64,000 nucleotides of DNA, from positions 35,358-99,357 of the forward strand of contig CAVWLW010000006.1 in NCBI GenBank assembly GCA_963755715.1, read 5' to 3'. The position numbers were made by a program, and so were the translations under genes. This DNA comes from an uncultured delta proteobacterium. GTDB lineage: Bacteria > Desulfobacterota > Binatia > UBA9968. The notes under the pieces were generated by a model. The model saw nothing but the letters and a program-made list of their open reading frames with translations. It was not told the DNA's origin and did not search any database. This document shows, one piece after another, positions 1 through 9,517 of the stretch (positions are counted from its first letter, which is position 1; every line of letters begins with the position of its first letter).

Positions 1-252
1 GATCGCAATCGATTACAGGATCTTTTGATTGTTTCACAAGCGGATATCCTTGGCGATTCTCTCGGCGCAGCCGGAGTCGAGGCATCGGTGTACGAAGCTA
101 CTCAACTCAATTGCCGGATCCTGGTGCGCAAAGCGGACGGTGCGAAATGCACACGCTGCTGGAAATACGACCCCGCAGTGGGCAAAGATCCAACCCATCC
201 GACCGTTTGCGCACGTTGCGCGTCGGTGCTCAATGCCGGAGAAGCGGCTTGA
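1..252 (+). CDS. ileS: Isoleucine--tRNA ligase, C-terminal fragment (gene starts before window)
   Basis: Frame is open from base 1 and encodes the IleRS C-terminal zinc finger KCTRCWKY...VCARC. It lies directly upstream of lspA (conserved ileS-lspA synteny). Confidence 0.9.
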   Translation, partial: DRNRLQDLLIVSQADILGDSLGAAGVEASVYEATQLNCRILVRKADGAKCTRCWKYDPAVGKDPTHPTVCARCASVLNAGEAA

Positions 253-749
253 GTGCGAAAAAATGGCAGCTCGTCGGCACTTGGCTGATTTTGATTGTCG
301 TTCTTGATCAGCTCACCAAGATCATCGTCGACCGCACGATACCGCTGCATCACTCGATCCCAATCATCGATGGCTTGTTCAGCCTGACTTACGTGCGCAA
401 TACCGGCGCCGCATTCGGCATTTTCGCCGGCAGCCATGAAGCTTTTCGTTTGCCCTTCCTCGTGCTGGTTTCCGCTCTAGCCATCGGCTTCATCATCGTC
501 ATGCTGCGGCGCCTGCGCGAGCAAGAAACCGGGCTGATAACCGCGCTCGCGTTTATTCTCGGCGGCGCCGTTGGGAATCTGATCGATCGGGCTTTGCATG
601 GCGAAGTGATCGATTTTTTGGATTTCTATTGGTCGAACTATCACTGGCCGGCATTCAATCTCGCCGACAGTTTCATCACCGTCGGAGTGGCGATCACGAT
701 TTTTTATTTAATGAAAGCGAAAGGCGAAGATCCTTTCGCTCCCGCCTAG
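249..749 (+). CDS. lspA: Lipoprotein signal peptidase II
   Basis: Motifs DQLTK, NTGAAFG, GNLIDR, VIDF, FNLAD. The TTG start at 249 overlaps the ileS stop (TTGA). Confidence 0.95.
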   Translation: MSAKKWQLVGTWLILIVVLDQLTKIIVDRTIPLHHSIPIIDGLFSLTYVRNTGAAFGIFAGSHEAFRLPFLVLVSALAIGFIIVMLRRLREQETGLITALAFILGGAVGNLIDRALHGEVIDFLDFYWSNYHWPAFNLADSFITVGVAITIFYLMKAKGEDPFAPA

Positions 750-1081
750 CTTTCCTGTTTCAAGGCAACTATCGTCGCGCCCCAGCTGCCGACCTCAAGC
801 GGCGCGTCATGAAATGAATCGACGCCGGGATGTTTCTGCAATAGCGAACGCACGATATTGCGCTGCACGCCTTTGCCTTTGCCGTGGATCAAGCGCACTT
901 CGCGATAACCAGCTTGTTTGCATTGTTCGAGATATTCTTCGACGACGCTCGGAATGTCTTTGGGCCGAAAGGGATGGAGATCAAGAGTGTCGGTCAGCGG
1001 AATGGTCACGGGTTCGCCGAAGGGAGAAGCCGTATCGCCAGCAGAGCCATCTCTTTCTTTTTCCTGGTCGCGCTGCGCCAT
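746..1081 (-). CDS. Smr/MutS2 C-terminal domain protein
   Basis: LDLH, IHGKGKG and GATIV Smr motifs. Confidence 0.9.
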   Translation of the reverse strand: MAQRDQEKERDGSAGDTASPFGEPVTIPLTDTLDLHPFRPKDIPSVVEEYLEQCKQAGYREVRLIHGKGKGVQRNIVRSLLQKHPGVDSFHDAPLEVGSWGATIVALKQES

Positions 1082-1113
1082 AAAAAAGAGGGCAAGAAAC
1101 TGTTCCTGCCCTC
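1082..1113 (-). terminator. Rho-independent terminator after the ABC substrate-binding gene
   Basis: Minus strand reads GAGGGCAGGAA-cagt-TTCTTGCCCTC-TTTTTT: a hairpin followed by a U-tract. Confidence 0.7.
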
Positions 1114-1144
1114 CCTCAGTGTTAATCGGAATCTAGCGTTTCAG

Positions 1145-2158
1145 CTAATCCCAACGTTTGTCGCCTTTCAAACGGCCGCCGGCTTTTGCCAACGCAGCTT
1201 GGACGATCGAGACGTCGACGAGTTTTTCGTAGCTTGGTTTATCATCTGCTTTGATCGTGCCTAACTCCACTTGCTTGTTGACCGTCCACTCGACCATATC
1301 CTTTGGCAAGCCGTCGTTCACCGGCCAGGCGCCCGCGTTCGCTAAGATGTCGTACGTTTGCGCCACGGCGTCACCGTCCTGCTGCGTGTATTTTGTCGCG
1401 ATTTCTACGACCCTGGCTTTGTTATTGTAAATGTAACGGTTTGCCTTGATGAGCGCCGCCATGATGTCGATGTAAAGTTGGCGATTATTCGCGATCTCTT
1501 TTTCCGGCGCGATGTAAGCGGCGTAGAGCCACTTGGGCAGCGGCTCCCAGAGATTGACCAGAATATTGAGCTCCGGTTTTTTCTTTTTTGCCACGATCGC
1601 TTGGTCGACATGAAGAATCGCCGTGTCGATTTGATTGGTCAGCAATCCCGGCACGCGGCCTTTGGTGCTCACCGGTATGTATTGCACGTCCTTGGGCGTG
1701 AGCCCGCAAGTCGCCAGCACCGCGCGGCTCATGACTTCGTTAAACGCGCCGACTTCCTGAATGCCGATTTTTCGATCTTTGAGATCCTTGCAACTCTTGA
1801 TGTCGCCTTGCACTAACATCGACTGAGATAATCGATGCGAATAGCTGCCGAGCACTTTGGTGCCGGCGCCTTTGGCCGCAGCGATGATCGCCGGATCGGA
1901 GCTCGTGCCGGTGATATCCAGGCCGCCGGCGACGCTGCCGCGCAGAGTCTGCGTGCCGCCTTCGAAGGTGACGAACTCCACGTCGATATTATTCTCGGCA
2001 AAGAAACCCAGCTCCTTGGCGACGTAGGGCGGAATATGAACCACATTGGGAGGCGTGACGGGCACGCCAAAGACAACTTTTCGTTTGGTCTGCGCATCGG
2101 CGGAGCGCTCCAAATCCATACAGTTGCGAGCAGCCAGAATCAGCAAAGCTTTTTTCAT
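1145..2158 (-). CDS. ABC transporter substrate-binding protein, NMT1/THI5/SsuA-like
   Basis: PPYVAKELGFFAENNIDVEFV and DLKDRKIG motifs; adjacent permease and ATPase. The signal peptide appears scrambled by compensating indels. Confidence 0.88.
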   Translation of the reverse strand: MKKALLILAARNCMDLERSADAQTKRKVVFGVPVTPPNVVHIPPYVAKELGFFAENNIDVEFVTFEGGTQTLRGSVAGGLDITGTSSDPAIIAAAKGAGTKVLGSYSHRLSQSMLVQGDIKSCKDLKDRKIGIQEVGAFNEVMSRAVLATCGLTPKDVQYIPVSTKGRVPGLLTNQIDTAILHVDQAIVAKKKKPELNILVNLWEPLPKWLYAAYIAPEKEIANNRQLYIDIMAALIKANRYIYNNKARVVEIATKYTQQDGDAVAQTYDILANAGAWPVNDGLPKDMVEWTVNKQVELGTIKADDKPSYEKLVDVSIVQAALAKAGGRLKGDKRWD

Positions 2159-2172
2159 AAGACCTCCTTTCC

Positions 2173-2931
2173 CTATTCCCGTTCGTCAAAATTTCTCCAC
2201 GGCGCGATGCGCCCCTCGATCCACTTGGCGAGTGACATAAGCCCAACCCCTAATATCATAACCACCACGATCGGAACAAAGAGCTTGTCGGTCTCGAAGG
2301 CATTGGCGTAGCGGACGATCATATAGCCCAAGCCTGTGACCGATGTGTAAAATTCCGCGACGATCATGCCGACCAGTCCGCGGCCGATCGCCAGCCGAAT
2401 GCCAACGACAATGAACGGCAGCGCGGATGGGATGATCAAATGGCGCCAGAGCTGGGCTTCGCTGGAGCAAAACGAGCGGGCGACTTCCTGCAGATTGCGA
2501 TCGACGTCTTTGACACCTTGATAGGTGTTAATCAGAATCGGGAAGACCATGAAGAGAAAAACGATGATGACTTTCGCCGGTATCTTAAAGCCGAACCAAA
2601 GCACGATCAGTGGCACCATCGCCACCATCGGCATCGAATAAAGCGCATTGACATAAATATCCGTCGCCCACTCGACCAAGGCATAGCGCCCCATCACCAC
2701 GCCAAGAAATACGCCGACGATCACCGCGAGAATCGAAGCATAAAGCAAAACCAAAAGGCTGGCCTGCATGTAGCTTTGCAATTCGCCCGAACCGGACAAG
2801 ATCGATGAAACGCGCGGAGCGATCGCGAGCGGATAGGTAAACAAGATCGGATTCACGCGCCGCCCGTAATATTCCCACAGCGCCAGAACTAGGAGAAGCG
2901 AAAGCAGACGAACTTTAGCGCGCCGGCTCAT
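2173..2931 (-). CDS. ABC transporter permease (SsuC/TauC type)
   Basis: Multiple TM helices; EAA-loop-like EVARSF...LWRHLIIPSALP; IVAE motif. Confidence 0.9.
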   Translation of the reverse strand: MSRRAKVRLLSLLLVLALWEYYGRRVNPILFTYPLAIAPRVSSILSGSGELQSYMQASLLVLLYASILAVIVGVFLGVVMGRYALVEWATDIYVNALYSMPMVAMVPLIVLWFGFKIPAKVIIVFLFMVFPILINTYQGVKDVDRNLQEVARSFCSSEAQLWRHLIIPSALPFIVVGIRLAIGRGLVGMIVAEFYTSVTGLGYMIVRYANAFETDKLFVPIVVVMILGVGLMSLAKWIEGRIAPWRNFDERE

Positions 2932-3712
2932 GGGCGATTTCTCCTTCGGGGTTTTGCTCTTGTTCCGATTTGAGCATTTCCCAGATAGCGTTTCTAAGCT
3001 CGATGTAGCGCGGATGAGCTCGGACCGTAAGAATTTTTCGCGGCCGTGGAATATCGATGGAAAAAATCTCTCGAATCCGGCCGGGCCGGCACGACATAAC
3101 GACGATGCGGTCGCCTAAAACGATTGCTTCGTCGATGCTGTGGGTCACAAAGATCATGGTTTTCCGTTCGGTTTCTAATAGGCGCAGCAGCTCTTCCTGC
3201 ATCAGTTCTCTGGTTTGTGCGTCGAGCGCGCCGAACGGTTCATCCATGAGCAGCACCGACGGATTGATCGCCATGGCGCGCGCCAGGCCGGCGCGCTGCT
3301 GCATGCCGCCGGAAAGCTGGTGCGGGTAGGATTTTTCGAACCCCTTGAGCCCGATTAGAGTGACGTAACGCTTAACGAGCGCCGAAATATCCTCGCGCGA
3401 TTTGCCTCTGAGCTCCAAGCCATAGGCAATGTTTTCTTCCAAGCGCTTCCAGGGAAAAAGACCGAAGTGTTGAAACACGACGGCGACATCAGGCCGCGGT
3501 TGGGTCACAAGCTGGCCGTCGATCAGCACCTCACCGCGGTCACGGCTGATAAGACAATCGATGATTCGCAGTAAAGTTGTCTTGCCACAGCCGCTCGGCC
3601 CTAAAACACAGAGGCTTTCATTGGGGGCGACTTCAAGGTCGATATCTTGCAACGCCACCACCGCTCCGCCGCTGTAAGTCTTGGTGAGATTCCGGATGAC
3701 GATTTTGTTCAT
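2915..3712 (-). CDS. ABC transporter ATP-binding protein (SsuB/TauB type)
   Basis: Walker A GPSGCGKT, LSGGMQQR signature, DEPFGALD, VTHSIDEA. Confidence 0.93.
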   Translation of the reverse strand: MNKIVIRNLTKTYSGGAVVALQDIDLEVAPNESLCVLGPSGCGKTTLLRIIDCLISRDRGEVLIDGQLVTQPRPDVAVVFQHFGLFPWKRLEENIAYGLELRGKSREDISALVKRYVTLIGLKGFEKSYPHQLSGGMQQRAGLARAMAINPSVLLMDEPFGALDAQTRELMQEELLRLLETERKTMIFVTHSIDEAIVLGDRIVVMSCRPGRIREIFSIDIPRPRKILTVRAHPRYIELRNAIWEMLKSEQEQNPEGEIAHEPAR

Positions 3713-3719
3713 GGAGAAA

Positions 3720-4917
3720 TTATGCTTGGGGGTTCTCAAGCAGTTTCTTGACGTTTTGCAAAAAGCGCGCGGCCATGGCGCCGTCGACGATCCGATGGTC
3801 GGCTGACAAGGTGGCGGTCATCATGGATTTGATCGCGAACATTCCTTCTTCAACAATCACTCGCGGCGCCACGCGCCCGACGGCCAGGATCGCTGCCTGG
3901 GGCGGGTTGATGATCGCGGTAAAGCTGTCGACGCCGAGCATGCCGAGATTCGACACCGTAAACGTGCCGCCCTCATAATCGAGCGGGAAGAGTTTTTTAT
4001 CTTTGTGCTTTGTCGGCCAATGCTGGCGGCTCTGCGCCGCGAGCTCCGTCAGCGACAAGCGGTCGGCATTACGAATCACCGGCACCACAAGTCCTTCGTC
4101 GAGGGCGACGGCCATGCCGATGTTGATCTCCGATTGAGAGTTTGATCCCCTGCTCCGTATAAGTTGAATTGATCAACGGGAAATCTTTCAGGGCGCGCGC
4201 GCAGGCGCGTAGAATAAAGTCGTTGATCGAAGGGACGATCTCGTCACCGCGGCTCTTCCACTCGCCGCGCAGCGCGCCGACCGCGCTCATGTCGATATCC
4301 ATGCTGATGTAAAAATGGGGCGCGCTCAGTTTGCTTTGCGTCATGCGCTCGCCGGCGATGCGACGCATGGGCGTAAGCGGTATGATTTTCTCAGCTTCAG
4401 GAATCGCCGGTCTGTGCGGCAATTCGGTAGTCGACGCCCGCAGCACATCATCGGCCAAAACGCTTCCCTCCGGACCGCTGCCTTGGAGAGAAGCGAGGTT
4501 CACTCCTTTTTCTTGTGCGATTCTTTTGGCGGCCGGCGATGCGAGCACGCGGCCGCGATTCGGTGTCATTGATGCTGCGGACGGAGTCGTTTTTGGCGCC
4601 GCCGGCGGAGCGAAGATCTTTGCCTTATTCGGCGTCGGTGTTGGCTCGGGTGATTTTGCCTCGGTCTCCGGTGACTCGCCCGGCGCTAGGATCAAAGCTA
4701 TTCTCTGCCCCACGGGAACTTCGTCGCCAGCCTGGGCGATCACGTGAGCTAAAACGCCGGAGGCCGGCGCTTCGATTTCAACCGTCGCTTTGTCGGTTTC
4801 GATTTCCATGAGCGGCTCGCCTTTCGACACCGATTGGCCTTCGGCTTTGAGCCACTTGAGCAGCGTGCCGGTTTGCTGTGCGACGCCGAGCGCGGGCATG
4901 ATTACGTTGGTGGGCAT
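3720..4917 (-). CDS. Dihydrolipoamide acyltransferase (E2), split by a frameshift near 4135
   Basis: Lipoyl domain ETDKAT, E3-binding ASPAAKRIA, catalytic TFTVSNLG and DHRIVDG are spread over ORFs 4069-4917 and 3720-4115. One extra base explains the break. Confidence 0.88.
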
Positions 4918-4940
4918 GGTTGTCGTTTGTCTAATGGCTG

Positions 4941-4964
4941 AGGGCGACCGCCGGTCGCCCCTAC
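4941..4964 (-). repeat. GTAG-family REP-like palindrome
   Basis: Minus strand GTAG-GGGCGACC-GGC-GGTCGCCC-T in the M24/E2 intergenic space. Confidence 0.65.
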
Positions 4965-4982
4965 AAAATTCTTATCGCGCGC

Positions 4983-6299
4983 CTAGGATTTTATCCGTTC
5001 CAATGCGCCGGGGTTATTCAGATTCGATTGCGTCTCGCGCGTCGTTGAAAGCTCGCCGCCGGTGGTGAAGTAATGGGTGCCGGCGACTAGCAATTTTTCC
5101 GATGGAAAGCGGGTGATGACTTCGCAGCCGTCTTTAGTTACAACCACTTCTTCTTCGAGCCGGGCAGCGGACCAGCCGTCGGACGCAGGCCAGTAGGTTT
5201 CCAGCGCAAACACCATTCCTTCTTCGATCACTTCGGGATGATCGAGCGAGACCAAGCGGCTGAAGATCGGTTTCTCCCAGATCGAAAGACCCACCCCGTG
5301 ACCGTATTGGAGCGCGAACGCGGCTTCTTCGTTGGCAAAGCCGAACTCTTGCGCTTTCGGCCAGAGCTTGACTACGTCGGCCGTGGTGATTCCCGGTTTG
5401 ACGATGCTGATGGCGGCGTCCATGTAGTCGCGGCTGCGTTTGTAAGCGTCGACCATCGCCGGAGAGGCGCTGCCGACGGCGAAGGTCCGATAGTAGCAAG
5501 TGCGATAGCCATTGTAGCTGTGTAGGATATCGAAAAACGCCGGATCGCCGGGACGAAGCACGCGGTCGGTGTACACATGCGGGTGCGGGCTGCAACGCTC
5601 ACCGGAGATCGCGTTGACGCCTTCGACATGTTCCGAGCCGAGATCGTAAAGAACTTTACTGACGACACCGACGCATTCGTTTTCTTTCACTCCCGGTTTC
5701 ATGAAGCGATAGAGCTCGTCATACGCGGCATCGACCATCATCGTCGCCGTGTTGAGCAGTGTGATTTCGTCTTGGGTTTTGATTTTTCTGACTTCGTGCA
5801 TGAGCTGCTGGCCGTCGACGACTTTCATGCCTTGAGCTTGGAGAGCGAACAGCACGGGCATCTCGATCACGTCGACGCCGACCGGTTCGTTGTGCAGCCC
5901 GCGTTTTTCCAATTCCAGCTTGATTTTTTTTGCCACGTCTTCGGCCAAGCCGGAGCCTGGATGGGTCGCGCCGCGTAAGGTGGAGATGCCGGCGCGCGAG
6001 CGCTCGCCGAGCCAGGGGCAATAGATCTGATGATGGCGGGCCGCGGAGCCGAAGTCCCACAGGATCGGCTCATCGTCCTGCGCCAACAGCGAGAAGCGCA
6101 CCAGTTTGTCCATCGCCCACGTGCCGATGTGCGTGGCGGTGATGTAACGAATGTTGTTCATATCGAAGCAGAGCAGGGCGCCAAGCTCCGATTTTTTCAG
6201 CGCCGCCTTGATGCGGTTCAAGCGATCTTGGCGCAGCCGCTCGACGTTGACCCGTCCTTCCCAATCGACGGCCATCAGGCCGAAGGTCTTGAGGCCCAT
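4983..6299 (-). CDS. M24 family (Xaa-Pro peptidase/creatinase-like) hydrolase
   Basis: RKIKTQDEI, D..Y.GY, GHGVG, LET, RLEEEV pita-bread fold motifs. Confidence 0.9.
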   Translation of the reverse strand: MGLKTFGLMAVDWEGRVNVERLRQDRLNRIKAALKKSELGALLCFDMNNIRYITATHIGTWAMDKLVRFSLLAQDDEPILWDFGSAARHHQIYCPWLGERSRAGISTLRGATHPGSGLAEDVAKKIKLELEKRGLHNEPVGVDVIEMPVLFALQAQGMKVVDGQQLMHEVRKIKTQDEITLLNTATMMVDAAYDELYRFMKPGVKENECVGVVSKVLYDLGSEHVEGVNAISGERCSPHPHVYTDRVLRPGDPAFFDILHSYNGYRTCYYRTFAVGSASPAMVDAYKRSRDYMDAAISIVKPGITTADVVKLWPKAQEFGFANEEAAFALQYGHGVGLSIWEKPIFSRLVSLDHPEVIEEGMVFALETYWPASDGWSAARLEEEVVVTKDGCEVITRFPSEKLLVAGTHYFTTGGELSTTRETQSNLNNPGALERIKS

Positions 6300-6375
6300 G
6301 ATTACTCCTTTCGTCTCGGCTCTAGAGTCTTATGTATCGAGTTGAATACAAGACGCGAAACCGTAAACGCCGGAC

Positions 6376-7449
6376 TCATGTTTTTCCGCATAACTGGTGC
6401 GCCATTTGCGCTACGGTTTCCGGCGTCGGCACGGTTTGGTCTTCGAGCACCGGCGAGAACGGCACGGGCACGTCCATGGCGCCCATGCGTTTCACCGGCG
6501 CGTCGAGATAATAAAAGGCGCCGTCGGCGATTATAGATGCGATCTCCGCCGTGACGCCGTAGCTTTCGTAGCCTTCGTCGACGACGATCGCCCGGCTGGT
6601 TTTCTTGACTGATTCGATCAGCGTCTGCTTGTCCAGCGGCAACGTGGTTCTAACATCGACGACTTCGGCGCTGATGCCGGTTGCCTCAAGCGATTGCGCT
6701 GCGGCCAACGCGACGTGAACCATGCTGCTCGTGGCGACGATAGTGATATCGCGCCCAGCGCGCTTCACATCGGCGACACCTAACGGAATCGTGTATTCCT
6801 CCGGCGGCACCGGTCCCTTCAACTGGTACATCATTTTATCTTCGAAAAAGACCACCGGATTGTCGTCGCGGATCGCGCTCTTGAGCAAACCTTTGGCGTC
6901 ATACGGTGTGGCTGGGACGACAACTTTCAACCCGGGAATATGGCTGACCCAGGCATGCAAACTCTGGCTATGTTGCGCGGCAGAGCGGCGCGTGGCACCG
7001 AGGGTCGTGCGCAAGACCAGCGGCACTTTGAGCTTGCCGCCGGACATGTAGTGGATCTTCGCGGCTTGATTGACCAACTGATCCATCGTCAAGGTGAGAA
7101 AATCGCCGAACATGATGTCCACGACAGGGCGCATGCCCGTCATCGCCGCGCCGACCCCGATGCCGGCGATGCCGGCTTCCGAGATCGGCGAATCGATCAC
7201 CCGCTTGGTGCCGAATTCCTTCGCCAGCCCGGAAAGCACTTTGAACGGCGTGCCCGCTTCGGCGACATCCTCGCCGATGATAAAGACCGTCGGATCGCGG
7301 CGCATTTCCTCGGCCAACGCTTCATTGATCGCTTGCGCGAATGTGATCTCGCGTGTTGCTGCACTGACAAGGGTCGACTGCGATCCCTCACCCTTGCCCT
7401 TTTCCAGCCGCCGCGGCAAGGAGGACGAGGGGTGTCTAGGCGTAGACAT
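6376..7449 (-). CDS. TPP-dependent 2-oxoacid/acetoin dehydrogenase E1 beta subunit
   Basis: GEDV, DSPISEAG, AAQHSQ, PYDAKGLL motifs. Start is uncertain; ATG 7449 overlaps the E1 alpha end. Confidence 0.92.
   Translation of the reverse strand: MSTPRHPSSSLPRRLEKGKGEGSQSTLVSAATREITFAQAINEALAEEMRRDPTVFIIGEDVAEAGTPFKVLSGLAKEFGTKRVIDSPISEAGIAGIGVGAAMTGMRPVVDIMFGDFLTLTMDQLVNQAAKIHYMSGGKLKVPLVLRTTLGATRRSAAQHSQSLHAWVSHIPGLKVVVPATPYDAKGLLKSAIRDDNPVVFFEDKMMYQLKGPVPPEEYTIPLGVADVKRAGRDITIVATSSMVHVALAAAQSLEATGISAEVVDVRTTLPLDKQTLIESVKKTSRAIVVDEGYESYGVTAEIASIIADGAFYYLDAPVKRMGAMDVPVPFSPVLEDQTVPTPETVAQMAHQLCGKT
7385..7432. repeat. GC-rich imperfect palindrome (CCCTCACCC...GAGGG type) at the E1a/E1b junction
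   Basis: CCCTC pairs with GAGGG, and CCTTGCC (7392-7398) pairs with GGCAAGG (7415-7421). Confidence 0.45.
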
Positions 7450-8443
7450 GCTGATCCACCTCGTCAGCATCAGGGTAAGGAGTCGCCAGGGCGAAGGTCA
7501 CCGCCTGTTTAATTTCTGCAGCGACTTCAGTCTCGATTCGGCCGAGGAGATGGCCGTCGGCTAATTTGCTTTTGGTGAGCCACTGAGCGAAGACTTTCAC
7601 CGGATCGCGTTGCGTCTTCCACTCTTCTTCCTCCCTCTTCGATCGGTAGTAAGCTCGATCGATGTCGCCGACATGGTGACCGTGAAACCGATAAGTATTG
7701 CATAGTAGGAAAGCCGGACCGCCGCCGCGCCGCGCCTGCTCGACTGATTTTTGCGCGGCGGCGTGGACCGCTCTCACATCCTGGCCGTCGATTGATTCGG
7801 TGTGAATACCGAATGCTTCGGCGCGCGCGGTCAGCCCGCCCGCCGTGGTTTCGCTGTAGTGCGTGTATTCGTTGTATTGGTTGTTCTCGCAGGCATAAAT
7901 GACCGGCAGCTTCCAGAGGGAAGCCATGTTCATGGCTTCGTAGAGCAGTCCCTGCCCCAAAGCGCCGTCGCCAAAAAAACAAACGGCTACTTGATCGCTG
8001 CCGCGCATTTGCGCAGACATGGCGGCGCCGGTTGCCATTCCGGCGCTGCCGCCGACGATGGCGTTGGCGCCGAGATTACCGGTGTCTTGATCGGCGATGT
8101 GCATGGAGCCGCCTTTGCCGCGGCAATAACCGGCGGCTTTGCCCAAGAGCTCGGCAAACATTTTGTCCGGCGCCGCGCCTTTGGCGATGCAGTGGCCATG
8201 GCCGCGATGTGTGCTCGTGATGTAATCGTCTTGACGAAGCGCTTCGCACACGCCCACTGCCACCGCTTCTTCGCCGATATAGAGATGCGCGAGCCCGGGC
8301 ATCTTAGCGCCGAGATAGAGCTGATTGACCTCTTCTTCGAAGAGGCGGATTTTCACCATCTGACGATAGAAATGCAGCCAGCGCTCATCGCGCGCGACGG
8401 CGGCCTTCGCGGCGGTCGGTTTAGCTTTCTTGGATTGGGCCAT
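7436..8443 (-). CDS. TPP-dependent 2-oxoacid/acetoin dehydrogenase E1 alpha subunit
   Basis: HRGHGH, GKGGSMH, TPP motif GDGA...ENN, YRFHGH. Confidence 0.93.
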   Translation of the reverse strand: MAQSKKAKPTAAKAAVARDERWLHFYRQMVKIRLFEEEVNQLYLGAKMPGLAHLYIGEEAVAVGVCEALRQDDYITSTHRGHGHCIAKGAAPDKMFAELLGKAAGYCRGKGGSMHIADQDTGNLGANAIVGGSAGMATGAAMSAQMRGSDQVAVCFFGDGALGQGLLYEAMNMASLWKLPVIYACENNQYNEYTHYSETTAGGLTARAEAFGIHTESIDGQDVRAVHAAAQKSVEQARRGGGPAFLLCNTYRFHGHHVGDIDRAYYRSKREEEEWKTQRDPVKVFAQWLTKSKLADGHLLGRIETEVAAEIKQAVTFALATPYPDADEVDQHVYA

Positions 8444-9393
8444 CAGAGTGTCACCGCAAAATCGAGTATTGCAGATCGATCCGGAACTATCTGAGTATTC
8501 AACTCGCTTTTCTCAGTCTTTACTCCCGCCATTCGCGCCAGCGCTTCGAACAAAATGGCAAAATCTTTTTCCGCCAGTCCCATGCCGCGCGCGGTCGTGA
8601 GCATTTCATTGGTAATCGCCGTGGACGGCAGCGGGACGTCGAGCTGGCGGCCCATTTCCAGCGCGAGAAGCAGGTCTTTTTGCATCATATTGACATCGAA
8701 CCAGGCTTCATCGGGCATGTTGAGAACGAACGGCCCACGGTATTTCACCATCGGCGAGGCAATCACGCTATTGAGCAAGACTTCGACTGCCGTTGCGCGC
8801 GCGATACCGCTCTTTTGCGCCAGCAGCACTCCCTCGCTAAAGGCTAGCATTTGCACGGCGAGGCTCAAGTTGGTTGCGATCTTCATCGAAACGGCAAGGC
8901 CATTGGCGCCGACGTGAGTCACCTTGGGACCGATCGCTTGCAGGATCGGCAGCGCGCGTTCGAACGTCTGAGGATCGCCGCCGACCATGATGGATAGCTT
9001 GCCTTCTTCGAGAGTGATGACGCTGCCGGATACCGGCGCATCGAGCATCTGCGCGCCCTTGGCTTCGACTTGCCGGGCAATTTCGCGGCTTGCCGCCGGG
9101 CTCACCGTGCTCATATCGATGTAAATCTTCCCTGGGGCGAGACCGGCTAAAATCCCGTTCGGACCGCTGGTGATCGTCTGGAGCGCCTCGGTGTTTGTGA
9201 CCATTGAGAAAATAATCTCGGCCGCCATCGCGACGCTGTGCGGCGATTCGCCCCACTGCATGCCGGCGTCCAACAAACCCTGCGCCTTGGACTTAGTGCG
9301 GTTATATCCGATCACCGAATGGCCCGCCGCCAGGAGACGCTGCGCCATCCGGCTGCCCATGACACCGAGACCAACAAAACCTAGATTTGCCGT
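8443..9393 (-). CDS. NAD(P)-dependent beta-hydroxyacid dehydrogenase (3-hydroxyisobutyrate dehydrogenase family)
   Basis: GFVGLGVMG Rossmann motif lies upstream of ATG 9360; DMSTVSP, DAPVSG, KDL motifs. Start inferred at ACG 9393. Confidence 0.9.
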   Translation of the reverse strand, partial: TANLGFVGLGVMGSRMAQRLLAAGHSVIGYNRTKSKAQGLLDAGMQWGESPHSVAMAAEIIFSMVTNTEALQTITSGPNGILAGLAPGKIYIDMSTVSPAASREIARQVEAKGAQMLDAPVSGSVITLEEGKLSIMVGGDPQTFERALPILQAIGPKVTHVGANGLAVSMKIATNLSLAVQMLAFSEGVLLAQKSGIARATAVEVLLNSVIASPMVKYRGPFVLNMPDEAWFDVNMMQKDLLLALEMGRQLDVPLPSTAITNEMLTTARGMGLAEKDFAILFEALARMAGVKTEKSELNTQIVPDRSAILDFAVTL

Positions 9394-9517
9394 AAAGCCT
9401 CCCCTAGAAGTAAATCGTATAGCTGATGTCGAGATCTTTTTGTATAGCGATTTTTAGAGGCGGGGGCTAGGCCGATCTTGGCTGCGCTGCGCAAGTTCGG
9501 CGCGGAGAAGCAGCGTC

